A stretch of 64,000 nt of DNA from Candidatus Nanohalarchaeota archaeon (GCA_022729235.1 JALDAJ010000001.1:160001-224000), one strand, 5' to 3'. Shown: positions 47,779-56,861, counted from the stretch's first letter. Numbers and translations: made by a program. Notes: a model not told the origin generated them from the sequence alone.

Positions 47779-48999
47779 ATGGAAATCGATTTCTCCAGTG
47801 CGGGCGAAGAAACACTGGAAGAGGCGCTCTCAAACAACTCAGACCCGAGTGTGCACGTGTCAAGCGATAGACCCTTAGAAGACCTTTACAACGCCACGCT
47901 ACTCCTGAAGGACAAGGTAAGCGTCGTCAAGAACGCCGGCATCTCCAACCGCGTAGAAGAAAGAGAGCGGTTCATGGATGCATGGGACAACGGAAAAGGC
48001 TTTGAGCCTGACTTCGAGTTCCAGAACTTTCCCTATAACGCAGAAACCACGCTAATGGTGCTTGAGAAACTAAAACAGGAACTGGAAAAAATAGATCAGG
48101 AAACAATGAAGAAGTACGGCGCCAGAGAACTCGGAGCCCAAGACGTCAGAGATCTGTTTAAAGGACTCTTCCAGGAGTACAGGCTGTACGTCCAGCTGGT
48201 CGACTCTATAGACGACCGCGAAAGGTGGAAGAAGAACTCGCTGGAGATCTGGCCGATGATAGATCAGGGTCACGTAGATAAATGCCGGAAAAAGCTGGAG
48301 AAAGGCTTCAAAGTCGAAGAAAAAGACAAAGACTTGGACTCTCACGACCTCAAGTCGATGTGGAAGGAGGAATTAGAGTGTTTGGGCGTGGAATGGAACA
48401 TTGAAGTACGTGAAGTAGGAGGATGCTTCAACATACCAGAGGAGAGAACAGTTGTAGTCGCTGACGGAAGCAACGAGAAACGATATTATTCACGAGAAGA
48501 AGCTCGCATGTTGACTATGCACGAGCTCTTCCACGTGACAAGAGCTTACAACGGAATCAAAGCCGGTGAGAGCGCAGGACTACCTCCCATCCTCGGACTT
48601 CACACCCCTTTTTATGACATGACAGAGGAGGGCGGCGCCATCTACCGCGAAAAGCAGACTAACGTAGACTACCCGGAGAAAGGAAAAGACTACTACCTGA
48701 GGGCATTGGCAGCATACTACCAGCATCAAGATATCGAGTTCCAGGAGATAGTAGAGAAACTGGTCGACCTAGGAGGTAGCGTCGAAAGAAGCTTCTACTT
48801 AGCCGCGAGAAACCGCGAGATGCTCCGGCACCACATCTACCTCGGCGGCTACTGGAAACAGTGGAAGCAGAGGGAAAACGTGGAACCATTACTTCTAGGA
48901 AAAGTCAACCCGGAATGGGCGGAGAGGTTATGGAGTGAAGTAGAAGCAGAAGGTATGCTGGAGAAACCACCGGTTACTTCCAACGACCTTTTCGACTAG
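47779..48999 (+). CDS. DUF1704 / MATCAP-like zinc carboxypeptidase
   Basis: P-x-F-x-F/Y N-terminal motif, HELFHVTRAYNG (HExxH), TEEGGA, IYLGGY and LLLGKV. Confidence 0.75.
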   Translation: MEIDFSSAGEETLEEALSNNSDPSVHVSSDRPLEDLYNATLLLKDKVSVVKNAGISNRVEERERFMDAWDNGKGFEPDFEFQNFPYNAETTLMVLEKLKQELEKIDQETMKKYGARELGAQDVRDLFKGLFQEYRLYVQLVDSIDDRERWKKNSLEIWPMIDQGHVDKCRKKLEKGFKVEEKDKDLDSHDLKSMWKEELECLGVEWNIEVREVGGCFNIPEERTVVVADGSNEKRYYSREEARMLTMHELFHVTRAYNGIKAGESAGLPPILGLHTPFYDMTEEGGAIYREKQTNVDYPEKGKDYYLRALAAYYQHQDIEFQEIVEKLVDLGGSVERSFYLAARNREMLRHHIYLGGYWKQWKQRENVEPLLLGKVNPEWAERLWSEVEAEGMLEKPPVTSNDLFD

Positions 49000-49085
49000 A
49001 CGCTTTTTCTTCGGTTTCAAGAAGATTCTGGAGATACGTCCACAAGACTAATTTAATTTCAGCCCGTTAATTCGTTCTAGATAGA

Positions 49086-49577
49086 ATGGACTTCGTTGTA
49101 AGAGTCGATTATTCAACTGGTTTGGAGGATAAAATCGGATCAAAAGCTGACAGTAGACAAGAACTTTCTGAAATACGAGACCAGTTCTATAAGCCCAACG
49201 GAACGAAGTTGTCAGATTTCAGTCCGCGAGATGTAATCGTTAGAAAACGTACATTTCCAGAGAAAAAGACGCTGGTCAAAATAAACATTATCCAAAAGCC
49301 CCTGGGATACACAGACACAAAAGAGGATGTTGAGAACATTGAAGACTATGAAAAATGGGGAGAATTTACCTCTTACGCCGTCGAATACAGGCTGACCGTA
49401 GAGAACAAGAAAATTCCGATCCTGATAGAAACATTTGACTTCGGCAAATTTATCAAGATAGAATCTCCGTCACCAGAGATACTAGACAGTATTCTCCAAG
49501 AACTTAACCTAGATAGAAGCGAGATAATTGAAAAGAACTCGGCCGAACTACTCGCAGAAGAGAGGGATATGATTTAG
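49086..49577 (+). CDS. degenerate CYTH-like protein
   Basis: RDQFYK and FGKFIKIES...LNL...I...AELL resemble a CYTH C-terminus. The ExExK motif is missing. Confidence 0.5.
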   Translation: MDFVVRVDYSTGLEDKIGSKADSRQELSEIRDQFYKPNGTKLSDFSPRDVIVRKRTFPEKKTLVKINIIQKPLGYTDTKEDVENIEDYEKWGEFTSYAVEYRLTVENKKIPILIETFDFGKFIKIESPSPEILDSILQELNLDRSEIIEKNSAELLAEERDMI

Positions 49578-49627
49578 TATTTCTCAACCAAGAGGCTCCT
49601 TTAAATCTCCCTCTCCAAGAAAAGTTT

Positions 49628-50008
49628 ATGGAAAAGAAAATCCTGCTTGACACAAATTTCCTTGTAGCACCTTTCCAGCTCTCGCTCGACGTTTTCGATG
49701 AACTGGAGCGCATCTATCCGCACGCCGACATCTACACGCTGGACGATGTTATCCAGGAGGCGAAGAGCATTGAATCCGGCCGCTACATATCTCTGGTGGA
49801 GAAACTCATTGAGACACAGGACGTAGAAGTACTTGAAACAGAGGGCGAGGGAGACGTCGACGACCTGCTAGTACAGCTCTGCGATGAGTACGTGGTCGCG
49901 ACCAACGACCGCGAACTAAAGGAGCGTTTACTGGACAGAGACGCCGAAGTCATCATTATCAGAGGCAAGAACCATCTGGAAGTCAAGAACCAGCAGGACT
50001 ACCTGTAG
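49628..50008 (+). CDS. PIN-domain protein (Fcf1/Utp24-like)
   Basis: LLDTNFL, VDD and VATNDRELK motifs; conserved position before rpoE. Confidence 0.92.
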   Translation: MEKKILLDTNFLVAPFQLSLDVFDELERIYPHADIYTLDDVIQEAKSIESGRYISLVEKLIETQDVEVLETEGEGDVDDLLVQLCDEYVVATNDRELKERLLDRDAEVIIIRGKNHLEVKNQQDYL

Positions 50009-50067
50009 TAGGAAACACCATTTAAAAGTTGCGTCAAATCCTCTACTTGTTCTGAGGTATAAAACAG

Positions 50068-50640
50068 ATGTACAAGAGGCTGACAGTGGAAGATTCCGTT
50101 AGGGTACCTCCCGAGCACCTGGGAGATGACCTCGAAGAAAGCGTCCAGGCAGGACTAAAAGAAGAAGTAGAAGGAGAGATCCAGGAAGGACTCGGTGTCG
50201 TGATCGGCGTTGAAGAAGTGAACTCTATCGAAGGCGGCGATATCAAACCGGAGGACGCGGGAGTACACTACGATGTCGAGTACCAGGCGATAGTTTACGA
50301 GCCTGAACTGCATGAGGTAGTGCACGGCGAGGTTGTTGACGTAACAGGATTCGGAGCATTCGTAAGGATAGGTCCTTTCGACGGACTGTGCCACGTAAGC
50401 CAGGTCATGGATGAGTACGTCAACTACGATGAAGAGAACGAGATGCTGGTCGCCGAGGAAGAAAACTTCTCTGTAAGCGTAGGAGATGTATTGATTTCAA
50501 GAATAATCGCAGTTTCACTCGAGAACCAGGAATCCAACAAGATCAACCTGACTATGAGACAGCCCGGACTCGGGAAGGACGAGTGGATCGAAAAATACGA
50601 AGAAGAACAGATAAGTGAAGAGGAAGAAGCCGAGGCATAG
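50068..50640 (+). CDS. rpoE1: RNA polymerase subunit E' (Rpo7)
   Basis: VRVPP, FGAFVRIGPFDGLCHVSQV and LTMRQPGLGK motifs. Confidence 0.97.
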   Translation: MYKRLTVEDSVRVPPEHLGDDLEESVQAGLKEEVEGEIQEGLGVVIGVEEVNSIEGGDIKPEDAGVHYDVEYQAIVYEPELHEVVHGEVVDVTGFGAFVRIGPFDGLCHVSQVMDEYVNYDEENEMLVAEEENFSVSVGDVLISRIIAVSLENQESNKINLTMRQPGLGKDEWIEKYEEEQISEEEEAEA

Positions 50641-50650
50641 GTGATCATCG

Positions 50651-50836
50651 ATGGCAGAGAAAGCGTGCAAAAACTGCAATAGAATAGTAGATGGCGCCGA
50701 TGAGTGCCCAGTGTGCAAGAACAACGATCTCTCCAACTCGTGGAGCGGACTTGTTGTCATATACGACCCTGAATCTGAAATCGCGGAAAAACTCGGAATC
50801 CAGACCCCTGGTCGGTACGCCATTCGTGTTAAATAA
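50651..50836 (+). CDS. spt4: transcription elongation factor Spt4 (RpoE'')
   Basis: ACKNC...CPVC, WSGLV and SEIAEKLGI..PGRYA motifs. Confidence 0.96.
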   Translation: MAEKACKNCNRIVDGADECPVCKNNDLSNSWSGLVVIYDPESEIAEKLGIQTPGRYAIRVK

Positions 50837-50868
50837 AAAGCTTTCTCCAACTGTTGAGGATACAAACC

Positions 50869-51369
50869 ATGGAAGCAAGAATTGAATCAGTACGTGAAAA
50901 CCCTCTGCTCGACAGGTTCGAGGTAGAGGTAACACTTGAACACGAAGGAGAATCGACACCGAGCGAAGAAGATGTAGTTTCAAGAATCGCAGCGGAAAAC
51001 AACCTCGACGAAGGCAACATCGAAGTAAACGGCATCTACACAGGCTTCGGTTCACAGACCTCAAGAGCAGAACTGAAAATCCGTGAAGAGTTCGACTATG
51101 ATGAAAACCTCGAGGAAGAAGCCGAGGATCGTGAAGAAGTCGGTGGTGTCGAAGAAACTAGTGAACCAGAAACCGAGGATGAAGAGGAAACAGAAGACGA
51201 AGATGCTTCCGAAGCCGACTACGAGGAACTCGTCGACAACACAATCAGCGACGCCAAAGACGCGCTCGAAGAACTCGAAGAACCAGACTACCAGGCAGCA
51301 CTCGAAGCAGAAAAAGACAACAAAAACCGCACAACATTCACAGACTGGCTGGAAAACCAGACTGAATAA
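50869..51369 (+). CDS. rps24e: 30S ribosomal protein S24e with acidic linker and appended C-terminal domain
   Basis: ENPLLDR, TPS and TGFG core motifs, conserved position after spt4, and a ~90-aa extension. Confidence 0.9.
   Translation: MEARIESVRENPLLDRFEVEVTLEHEGESTPSEEDVVSRIAAENNLDEGNIEVNGIYTGFGSQTSRAELKIREEFDYDENLEEEAEDREEVGGVEETSEPETEDEEETEDEDASEADYEELVDNTISDAKDALEELEEPDYQAALEAEKDNKNRTTFTDWLENQTE
51172..51366 (+). repeat. copy 1 of a coding repeat shared by rps24e and rpl24
   Basis: Identical blocks: 51172-51202 = 58406-58436, 51191-51211 = 58467-58487, 51271-51308 = 58547-58584. Confidence 0.92.
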
Positions 51370-51407
51370 AAGCTTAAAAGCACAGAGCGGAACAGGTGAA
51401 TTATCAG

Positions 51408-51605
51408 ATGGCGATTCTACGTAACGATGAAATACGAGACATGGACACCGGTGAACTCGAGGAGAAAATGAATGATTTACAGAAAGAGCTTGTCGAGGAA
51501 CGCGGTCAAATCGAAGTCGGAGGTTTTGCAGATAACCCTGGACGTATCAAAGAGATGAAGAAAACCGTTGCAAGGATTAAAACAGTTCTCAACGAACGCG
51601 AGTAA
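51408..51605 (+). CDS. rpl29: 50S ribosomal protein L29
   Basis: MAILRNDEIRDM and NPGRIKEMKKTVARIKT. Confidence 0.95.
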   Translation: MAILRNDEIRDMDTGELEEKMNDLQKELVEERGQIEVGGFADNPGRIKEMKKTVARIKTVLNERE

Positions 51606-51614
51606 AAAATACTG

Positions 51615-51926
51615 ATGTCAGAGACTTGTCCTAAATGTGGAATGCCTGAGGATCTTTGTGTATGTGATTCTATAGCCAAAGGCGAACAGACTATAACCGT
51701 TAAACTCGATACCAGAAGTTTCGGCAAGGAGATGACCGTTGTCGAAGGGCTTGACGATGGAGAAGTAGACCTGGGAGATCTCGCATCGACGCTCAAGTCG
51801 AAACTCGCCTGCGGAGGAACCGCCAAGAACGGTCAAATCCAGTTACAGGGCGACCACACCAGGAGAATCACGGAAGTACTAGTCGAGGAAGGCTTCGACG
51901 AAAGCCAGATAGAAGTGAACGCGTAG
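51615..51926 (+). CDS. sui1: translation initiation factor aIF1/SUI1
   Basis: CPKCGMPEDLCVC, LKSKLACGGT and LQGDH motifs. Confidence 0.96.
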   Translation: MSETCPKCGMPEDLCVCDSIAKGEQTITVKLDTRSFGKEMTVVEGLDDGEVDLGDLASTLKSKLACGGTAKNGQIQLQGDHTRRITEVLVEEGFDESQIEVNA

Positions 51927-51937
51927 CCGCATCAGCT

Positions 51938-52279
51938 CTATAACATACCTATCTCGGCATCACTGTAGTCAGTATCAAGAACCCTGACAACAGCTTCAAC
52001 CTCTGCCAAGTCGTTGAATTTATAGGACTTCTTTTCCCACGCCCTGTATACCTCATCGTCTTTCCAGCTTGAGGCGTATAGAAAGATGTCTGCAGACACA
52101 CCGTCTTCCTCCAGTTCAGTAACTACCTCTATCTCCAGTTCGGATCCCTCATACACATCGTTCTCCTCCATAAATCCTCTTACAGCCATTTCTACTTCCT
52201 CATCCTGAAATCCATATTCAGGCAGGTTACCCTGCGAGAAGTCTTCCTGTCCCCCCGGGCTCTCTTTATCGGTACTCAT
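51938..52279 (-). CDS. hypothetical protein
   Basis: 113-aa acidic ORF with TATA-like TTTATAA upstream. Confidence 0.65.
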   Translation of the reverse strand: MSTDKESPGGQEDFSQGNLPEYGFQDEEVEMAVRGFMEENDVYEGSELEIEVVTELEEDGVSADIFLYASSWKDDEVYRAWEKKSYKFNDLAEVEAVVRVLDTDYSDAEIGML

Positions 52280-52370
52280 AATGTCTTCATAAAGTAAGCT
52301 CGCCTTATAAACAAGAGTTCACAGCGCCGTAAACAATATTATAATAGGTCTCAAATCCCTGCCCGAGAAC

Positions 52371-52682
52371 ATGCCCGGCGCAGTATTTCTTGAAGGCGAC
52401 AGCATCAACCTACGGACAGTCGAAGAAGGAGACCTTGAGAGGATAAGAGACATCTACAACCATCCTGAAGTAAGGAGATTCATTACTAACGACCGACCTG
52501 CAAACCTCGAACAGGAACGCGACTTAGTCGCCCGTGTAATAGAATCCAACGAAGCGTCACAGCAGGTCTGGGAGAAACTCGGGTTCACGCAAGAAGGAGA
52601 GCTCCGGGAAGAAATCTTCAGGAACGGAGAATACGAGAACGCATATATCTACGGACTTCTAAAGGAAGAGTGGGGCGGATGA
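52371..52682 (+). pseudogene. RimJ/RimL-type GNAT with in-frame internal deletion
   Basis: The N-terminus (MPGAVFLEG...LRTVEE) joins directly to the C-terminus (ARV..SNEAS...EKLGF..EG). The acetyl-CoA motif A is absent. Confidence 0.7.
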
Positions 52683-53401
52683 GCGAGAATCTTTACGAAA
52701 ATCGGGCGAAGTACTACGACATCCTCTACCGTGACAAAAACTATGAAGGAGAAGTCGAGTTCATAGTCGAGAAGTTCGAGGAACACGCTGAAACGGATAG
52801 TAGAAGACTACTGGTGCTCGGGTGCGGAACAGGAAACCACTCGAAACACATCCAGGACCACGGTTTCGAGGTAACCGGTCTCGACCTTTACGAAGACATG
52901 CTTGAACACGCCAGAGAGAAATGTGATGGAGATTTCAGGCAGACCAATCTACCTGAGATAAACGCGGCGGGCGAATACGACCTGATCCTGATGCCGTTCA
53001 CTATTATCAACCATCTACCGGAAGAAAAAGCCAGGGAAACGTTGGAAAACGTGAAAGATATGCTTGCAGACGGCGGAGCCCTGATATTTGACAACGGAGG
53101 TTTCTCGCTTGATGAGGACGAGACCGTTTCAAAACCCTTTATAGAAACAGTATCTAAAGAAGAAGATGTCGGCAGGATTGGACAGGTACGGGATTCTGGA
53201 GAAAACCAGGTTACATTCAACTCCATGATTTTCACCCGCGAAGGTTTCTTCGTTGACGAACATGAACTCTGGAACTACGACGACACGGAGATAGAGAATA
53301 TCCTTGAGGAACAAGGATACAGGTACGAGAAAAACAAGGACGGCTACGGGACAGATTCACCGAAAGACCACGGAACAGCCTTCATAGCATGGAGGAGCTA
53401 G
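52679..53401 (+). CDS. class I SAM-dependent methyltransferase
   Basis: YYD..Y..KNY..E, LGCGTGNH, GLD and GGALIFD motifs. Confidence 0.9.
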   Translation: MSENLYENRAKYYDILYRDKNYEGEVEFIVEKFEEHAETDSRRLLVLGCGTGNHSKHIQDHGFEVTGLDLYEDMLEHAREKCDGDFRQTNLPEINAAGEYDLILMPFTIINHLPEEKARETLENVKDMLADGGALIFDNGGFSLDEDETVSKPFIETVSKEEDVGRIGQVRDSGENQVTFNSMIFTREGFFVDEHELWNYDDTEIENILEEQGYRYEKNKDGYGTDSPKDHGTAFIAWRS

Positions 53402-53402
53402 A

Positions 53403-53687
53403 ATGCCTATAACACCTGAAAACCTGCCGCGCCACGAACTTATCGGACTCAAAGCAGAGGTCGTGGAGAGCGAGGACGAGAACCAGACAGGTATCAAGGG
53501 AGAAGTGCTCGACGAGACACAGAACACGCTGAGAATCAGGGACAAACAGGTCGAGAAGAAGATCTCCGTGTTCCGTTTTACGCTTCCATCAGGAGAAAAA
53601 GTAAAGGTCGATGGCGAACTCATCGCGAAACGACCAGAGGAACGCGTAGACATGAAACTGCCCGGTAAATGGGAGCATCCAGACTGA
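53403..53687 (+). CDS. rnp1: RNase P protein Rpp29
   Basis: ITPENLPRHELIGL, DETQNT and RPEER motifs. Confidence 0.95.
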   Translation: MPITPENLPRHELIGLKAEVVESEDENQTGIKGEVLDETQNTLRIRDKQVEKKISVFRFTLPSGEKVKVDGELIAKRPEERVDMKLPGKWEHPD

Positions 53688-53703
53688 AAAAAGGATATAC
53701 TAC

Positions 53704-54012
53704 CTACAGACCTATATTTCCGCCTGAATTATCCTCTATCGAATATACAAAACCGTTCTCTTCGACCTGTTTACCTATACTTGGACTTGAGATACCAGCT
53801 CTCTTACAAAACCTCTTCACATCTCTTCGAATCCCGGGCTTGACAGAACCCTCATCCCAGCATATAGAAACCCACATACGGTCATCTGTAGTGCCTACAG
53901 AAACGCCGTATCGTCCATCAAAATTATCGTCTAGGAAATCTCGGAGTTCTTCCTCATACTCTTCACAAGAACCTATTTCCTCATAGACGGAGTTGGATGA
54001 ATCGCCAAACAC
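53704..54012 (-). CDS. hypothetical protein
   Basis: 102-aa AT-rich ORF. Confidence 0.5.
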   Translation of the reverse strand: MFGDSSNSVYEEIGSCEEYEEELRDFLDDNFDGRYGVSVGTTDDRMWVSICWDEGSVKPGIRRDVKRFCKRAGISSPSIGKQVEENGFVYSIEDNSGGNIGL

Positions 54013-54040
54013 TAACGAAAGGTTGAACTAGAACAGTTTT

Positions 54041-54583
54041 ATGGCTGATCGAGAAACACAGTATATGAACCTGGAGATAGACAACGAGAACTACAGCGCG
54101 ATGCAGATTGAAGGCAGGATAAGAGAGCTTGTGGAAGAAAACGAGCTCTGCTCACTCGCCACCGTACAAGAAAACAATAATCGCGATCCTTCAGCACATA
54201 TCGCCACCGCATGGTACGCATATGATGACGAACTCCGGCTCTACGTTCTGACGCCGCCCGACACCGATCACGCGAAGAACCTGGAAGAGAACGACTCCAT
54301 CGCACTCACCATTTTCGACAGTCACCAGGACTGGAGCGCCAAGAAGAAAGGGCTACAGGTGTTCGGGACCGCGGAAAAGATACCGGACGAAGACGCGGAA
54401 GAAGCGCTCGAACTCTACAACCAGCGTTTCCCGGGACTGGAGGAGCACGCGTCCACGACGGAAGAACTACAGGACCTCGACTCCAGCTTCTACGTGATAA
54501 CACCGGAGCGTATCAAACTTTTCGACGAGCCTGCCTTTGGAAATGAGACATGGATAACCGCCGAGCTCTACTACAGGGACTAG
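54041..54583 (+). CDS. pyridoxamine 5'-phosphate oxidase-like FMN-binding protein
   Basis: SLAT, TDHAKNL, GLQVFGTA and IKLFDE motifs. Confidence 0.85.
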   Translation: MADRETQYMNLEIDNENYSAMQIEGRIRELVEENELCSLATVQENNNRDPSAHIATAWYAYDDELRLYVLTPPDTDHAKNLEENDSIALTIFDSHQDWSAKKKGLQVFGTAEKIPDEDAEEALELYNQRFPGLEEHASTTEELQDLDSSFYVITPERIKLFDEPAFGNETWITAELYYRD

Positions 54584-54927
54584 ACTGATTCGTACCGGAA
54601 ATGTACTTCTAACTCGTCTTCATGAACAGCATCGACATACCAGTACGAACCCGAAGAAAGGAAAGTCGGCTCATATTTCTGACCGTATATCTCTCCTTCC
54701 TCTGCCATAACCTCCAACACACCTATCCACTCCTCTAGCTCTCTATCCCTATACGTTACAGGCTCTCCATACCTAAAATCATCGATTTCTCCACCAACAG
54801 ATTCTTCTCTAGCCGGGTAATCTAGTACGTCGAAATCATCCAGGTAGCCGTTATAACCCAATCTGTGAAAAGGATGGTTCAGCTGCCTCCACAACCTCTC
54901 TCTAAAAACAGGTCGAGCACCAGCCAT
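54580..54927 (-). CDS. hypothetical protein
   Basis: 115-aa ORF, convergent with and overlapping the previous stop. Confidence 0.55.
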   Translation of the reverse strand: MAGARPVFRERLWRQLNHPFHRLGYNGYLDDFDVLDYPAREESVGGEIDDFRYGEPVTYRDRELEEWIGVLEVMAEEGEIYGQKYEPTFLSSGSYWYVDAVHEDELEVHFRYESV

Positions 54928-54949
54928 ATTGTATTAAGACCGTGAGCGA

Positions 54950-55516
54950 TTAAATGCTGACATTCAGAACAGTATCTAAAAGCTCCGGGAACTCCTCATA
55001 GCCCGCGTCCTGGTTCAGGTGCTTCCCGCCCTCGATAACCTCCAGTTCCGCGTCAAGCTTCTCTTCAAGCTCTTCTGCTTTCTCCAGCGACACGTACGGA
55101 TCGTTGTCGGAATGGAAAATATAGAACTCGCCACAGCTCTCTCGGATATTTTCCCAGTTGAAATCGCGCTCTGCGAACGACTCGTTCAGTGGGTCGAACT
55201 TCTCTAGCCCTAGCGGACCGACGAAACCCGCGACCAGAAACGCCGCTTCGATTTCGAAATCCTTGATATCCAGTAAATCCAGTACGAACACTGCGCCCGT
55301 GCTGTGACCAATCATGATAGAATCTTCATTGATCTCATCCTCGTACTCTTCGAAAACTTCCAGCCAGTTCTCCAAGCTCTGACCGTCCATCGTCGGAAAC
55401 TCCGGCACAAACACCTCGAACCCGCGCTCCTCCAGCTCCTCCTTCAGCCATCGGAACCAGTGCTGACCCGGATTACTACCGGTGCCGTGGAAGATGAATG
55501 CTGTTCGGTTGGGCAT
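54950..55516 (-). CDS. RBBP9/YdeN-family alpha/beta hydrolase
   Basis: HG...HWF.WL, GHSTG, HSDNDPYV and GKHLN motifs. Confidence 0.92.
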   Translation of the reverse strand: MPNRTAFIFHGTGSNPGQHWFRWLKEELEERGFEVFVPEFPTMDGQSLENWLEVFEEYEDEINEDSIMIGHSTGAVFVLDLLDIKDFEIEAAFLVAGFVGPLGLEKFDPLNESFAERDFNWENIRESCGEFYIFHSDNDPYVSLEKAEELEEKLDAELEVIEGGKHLNQDAGYEEFPELLDTVLNVSI

Positions 55517-55602
55517 AAGACGAAATAGCTAAATACACAAAAAAATCTAACGGAACTGAGTTGTAACTATATAATAAATATTTTTCTGAGAAACTTCTCT
55601 CT

Positions 55603-56811
55603 ATGACCGACGTTGATTACGATGTAATAGTTGCTGGCTCTGGACCATCAGGAGGGCAGTTCGCTAGATACTTTACAAGAGAATCTGACTACTCTCTTGC
55701 TCTTCTGGAAAGAGATGAAAACCTAGGAGATAACGATAAATCAACGGCAGGGAGTTTTCCCGAGGTCGTAGACGAAAGAAATATCCCTGACTGGGTCGTT
55801 ATGGATGAAAACGAAGAAGTTATTTTGGAGAGTCCAAACGAGCAAGCTACTCTACCTATACATAACTACGTGCTAGACTTCCCTGCTCTGCAGGAATTCC
55901 TAGGACAAGAAACGGAAGAATACGGGGGAGATATCTACACTGATGCGAGAGTTGTCGGCCCTATAAGAGAAAATAACAGAGTTAAAGGAGTAGAATACGC
56001 GAACGGCTCTGGCGAGACGAAAGAAATGACAGCTCAAATAGTAGTAGATGCTACAGGACCTGCCTCAGTTATTGCATCGGAACTAGGATTATTCGATAAA
56101 GAACGGGCTCAGAATGCAGTGGGTCTAGAGTATGAGGCAAGAGGAAACTATGAGCCGGAAGACGCGATGGTTTTCAGCTTTGACCATGAAGACGCTCCTG
56201 GCGGATATGCATGGACATTTCCCTCCGGTGATGATGTCTTTAAAGCAGGAGTGTGCTATGTAGACGACTTTAGAGAAAAACACGGAGACGGACGTAACCT
56301 ACGGGAACTTGTCGATGACTGGGTCGAAGATGACAGATGGGAAATAGATGAAGTACGAGCAGAACATGGAGGAAGAGCTCTTTCTGACAACTCAATTAAT
56401 CAAAGAGCTACAGATGGCTTCATGGCGATAGGCGACTCCGTCTCCAGCATAAACCCTCTATTCGGTGAAGGTATTAGACCCGGAATGGAGTCTGCAGACA
56501 TGGCAGCCCAAGTAGCAATAGAGTCTCTTAAAGAAGATGACATCAGTGAGGAGAGCTTGAGAAGATATGACCAAAGATGGAATCAAGAAAAAGGTCGAGG
56601 CTGGAGAATCCAGAAGATTTTTGGTGAGCTGATATACGACTTCAATGAAAATCAACAAGATGAGTTTGTTAGAAGATCAGACCAGCTTTCAGAAGAAGAA
56701 ATAGAAGATTTCATGAGCTATGAAATCCCTCTAAGAACCTTAGCAAGGCTCTATCCCTTTGAGATCAAGGATCTAAAGAAAGCACCAGAACTTGGAAGAC
56801 ATCTGATTTGA
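55603..56811 (+). CDS. geranylgeranyl reductase-family flavoprotein
   Basis: GSGPSG, DKSTAGSFP, VDATG, PGGYAWTFP and GD...NPLFGEGI motifs. Confidence 0.88.
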   Translation: MTDVDYDVIVAGSGPSGGQFARYFTRESDYSLALLERDENLGDNDKSTAGSFPEVVDERNIPDWVVMDENEEVILESPNEQATLPIHNYVLDFPALQEFLGQETEEYGGDIYTDARVVGPIRENNRVKGVEYANGSGETKEMTAQIVVDATGPASVIASELGLFDKERAQNAVGLEYEARGNYEPEDAMVFSFDHEDAPGGYAWTFPSGDDVFKAGVCYVDDFREKHGDGRNLRELVDDWVEDDRWEIDEVRAEHGGRALSDNSINQRATDGFMAIGDSVSSINPLFGEGIRPGMESADMAAQVAIESLKEDDISEESLRRYDQRWNQEKGRGWRIQKIFGELIYDFNENQQDEFVRRSDQLSEEEIEDFMSYEIPLRTLARLYPFEIKDLKKAPELGRHLI

Positions 56812-56861
56812 GCAAGACAGACAAAACCCCTTTTAAAGTTTACTTTCTCTTGCGTAGTTAC

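Noticed and set aside
43607-48999. Graspetide/microviridin RiPP cluster
   Set aside because: No precursor peptide ORF with repeated core motifs is visible, the C39-like domain is inactive, and the ligases look RimK-like.
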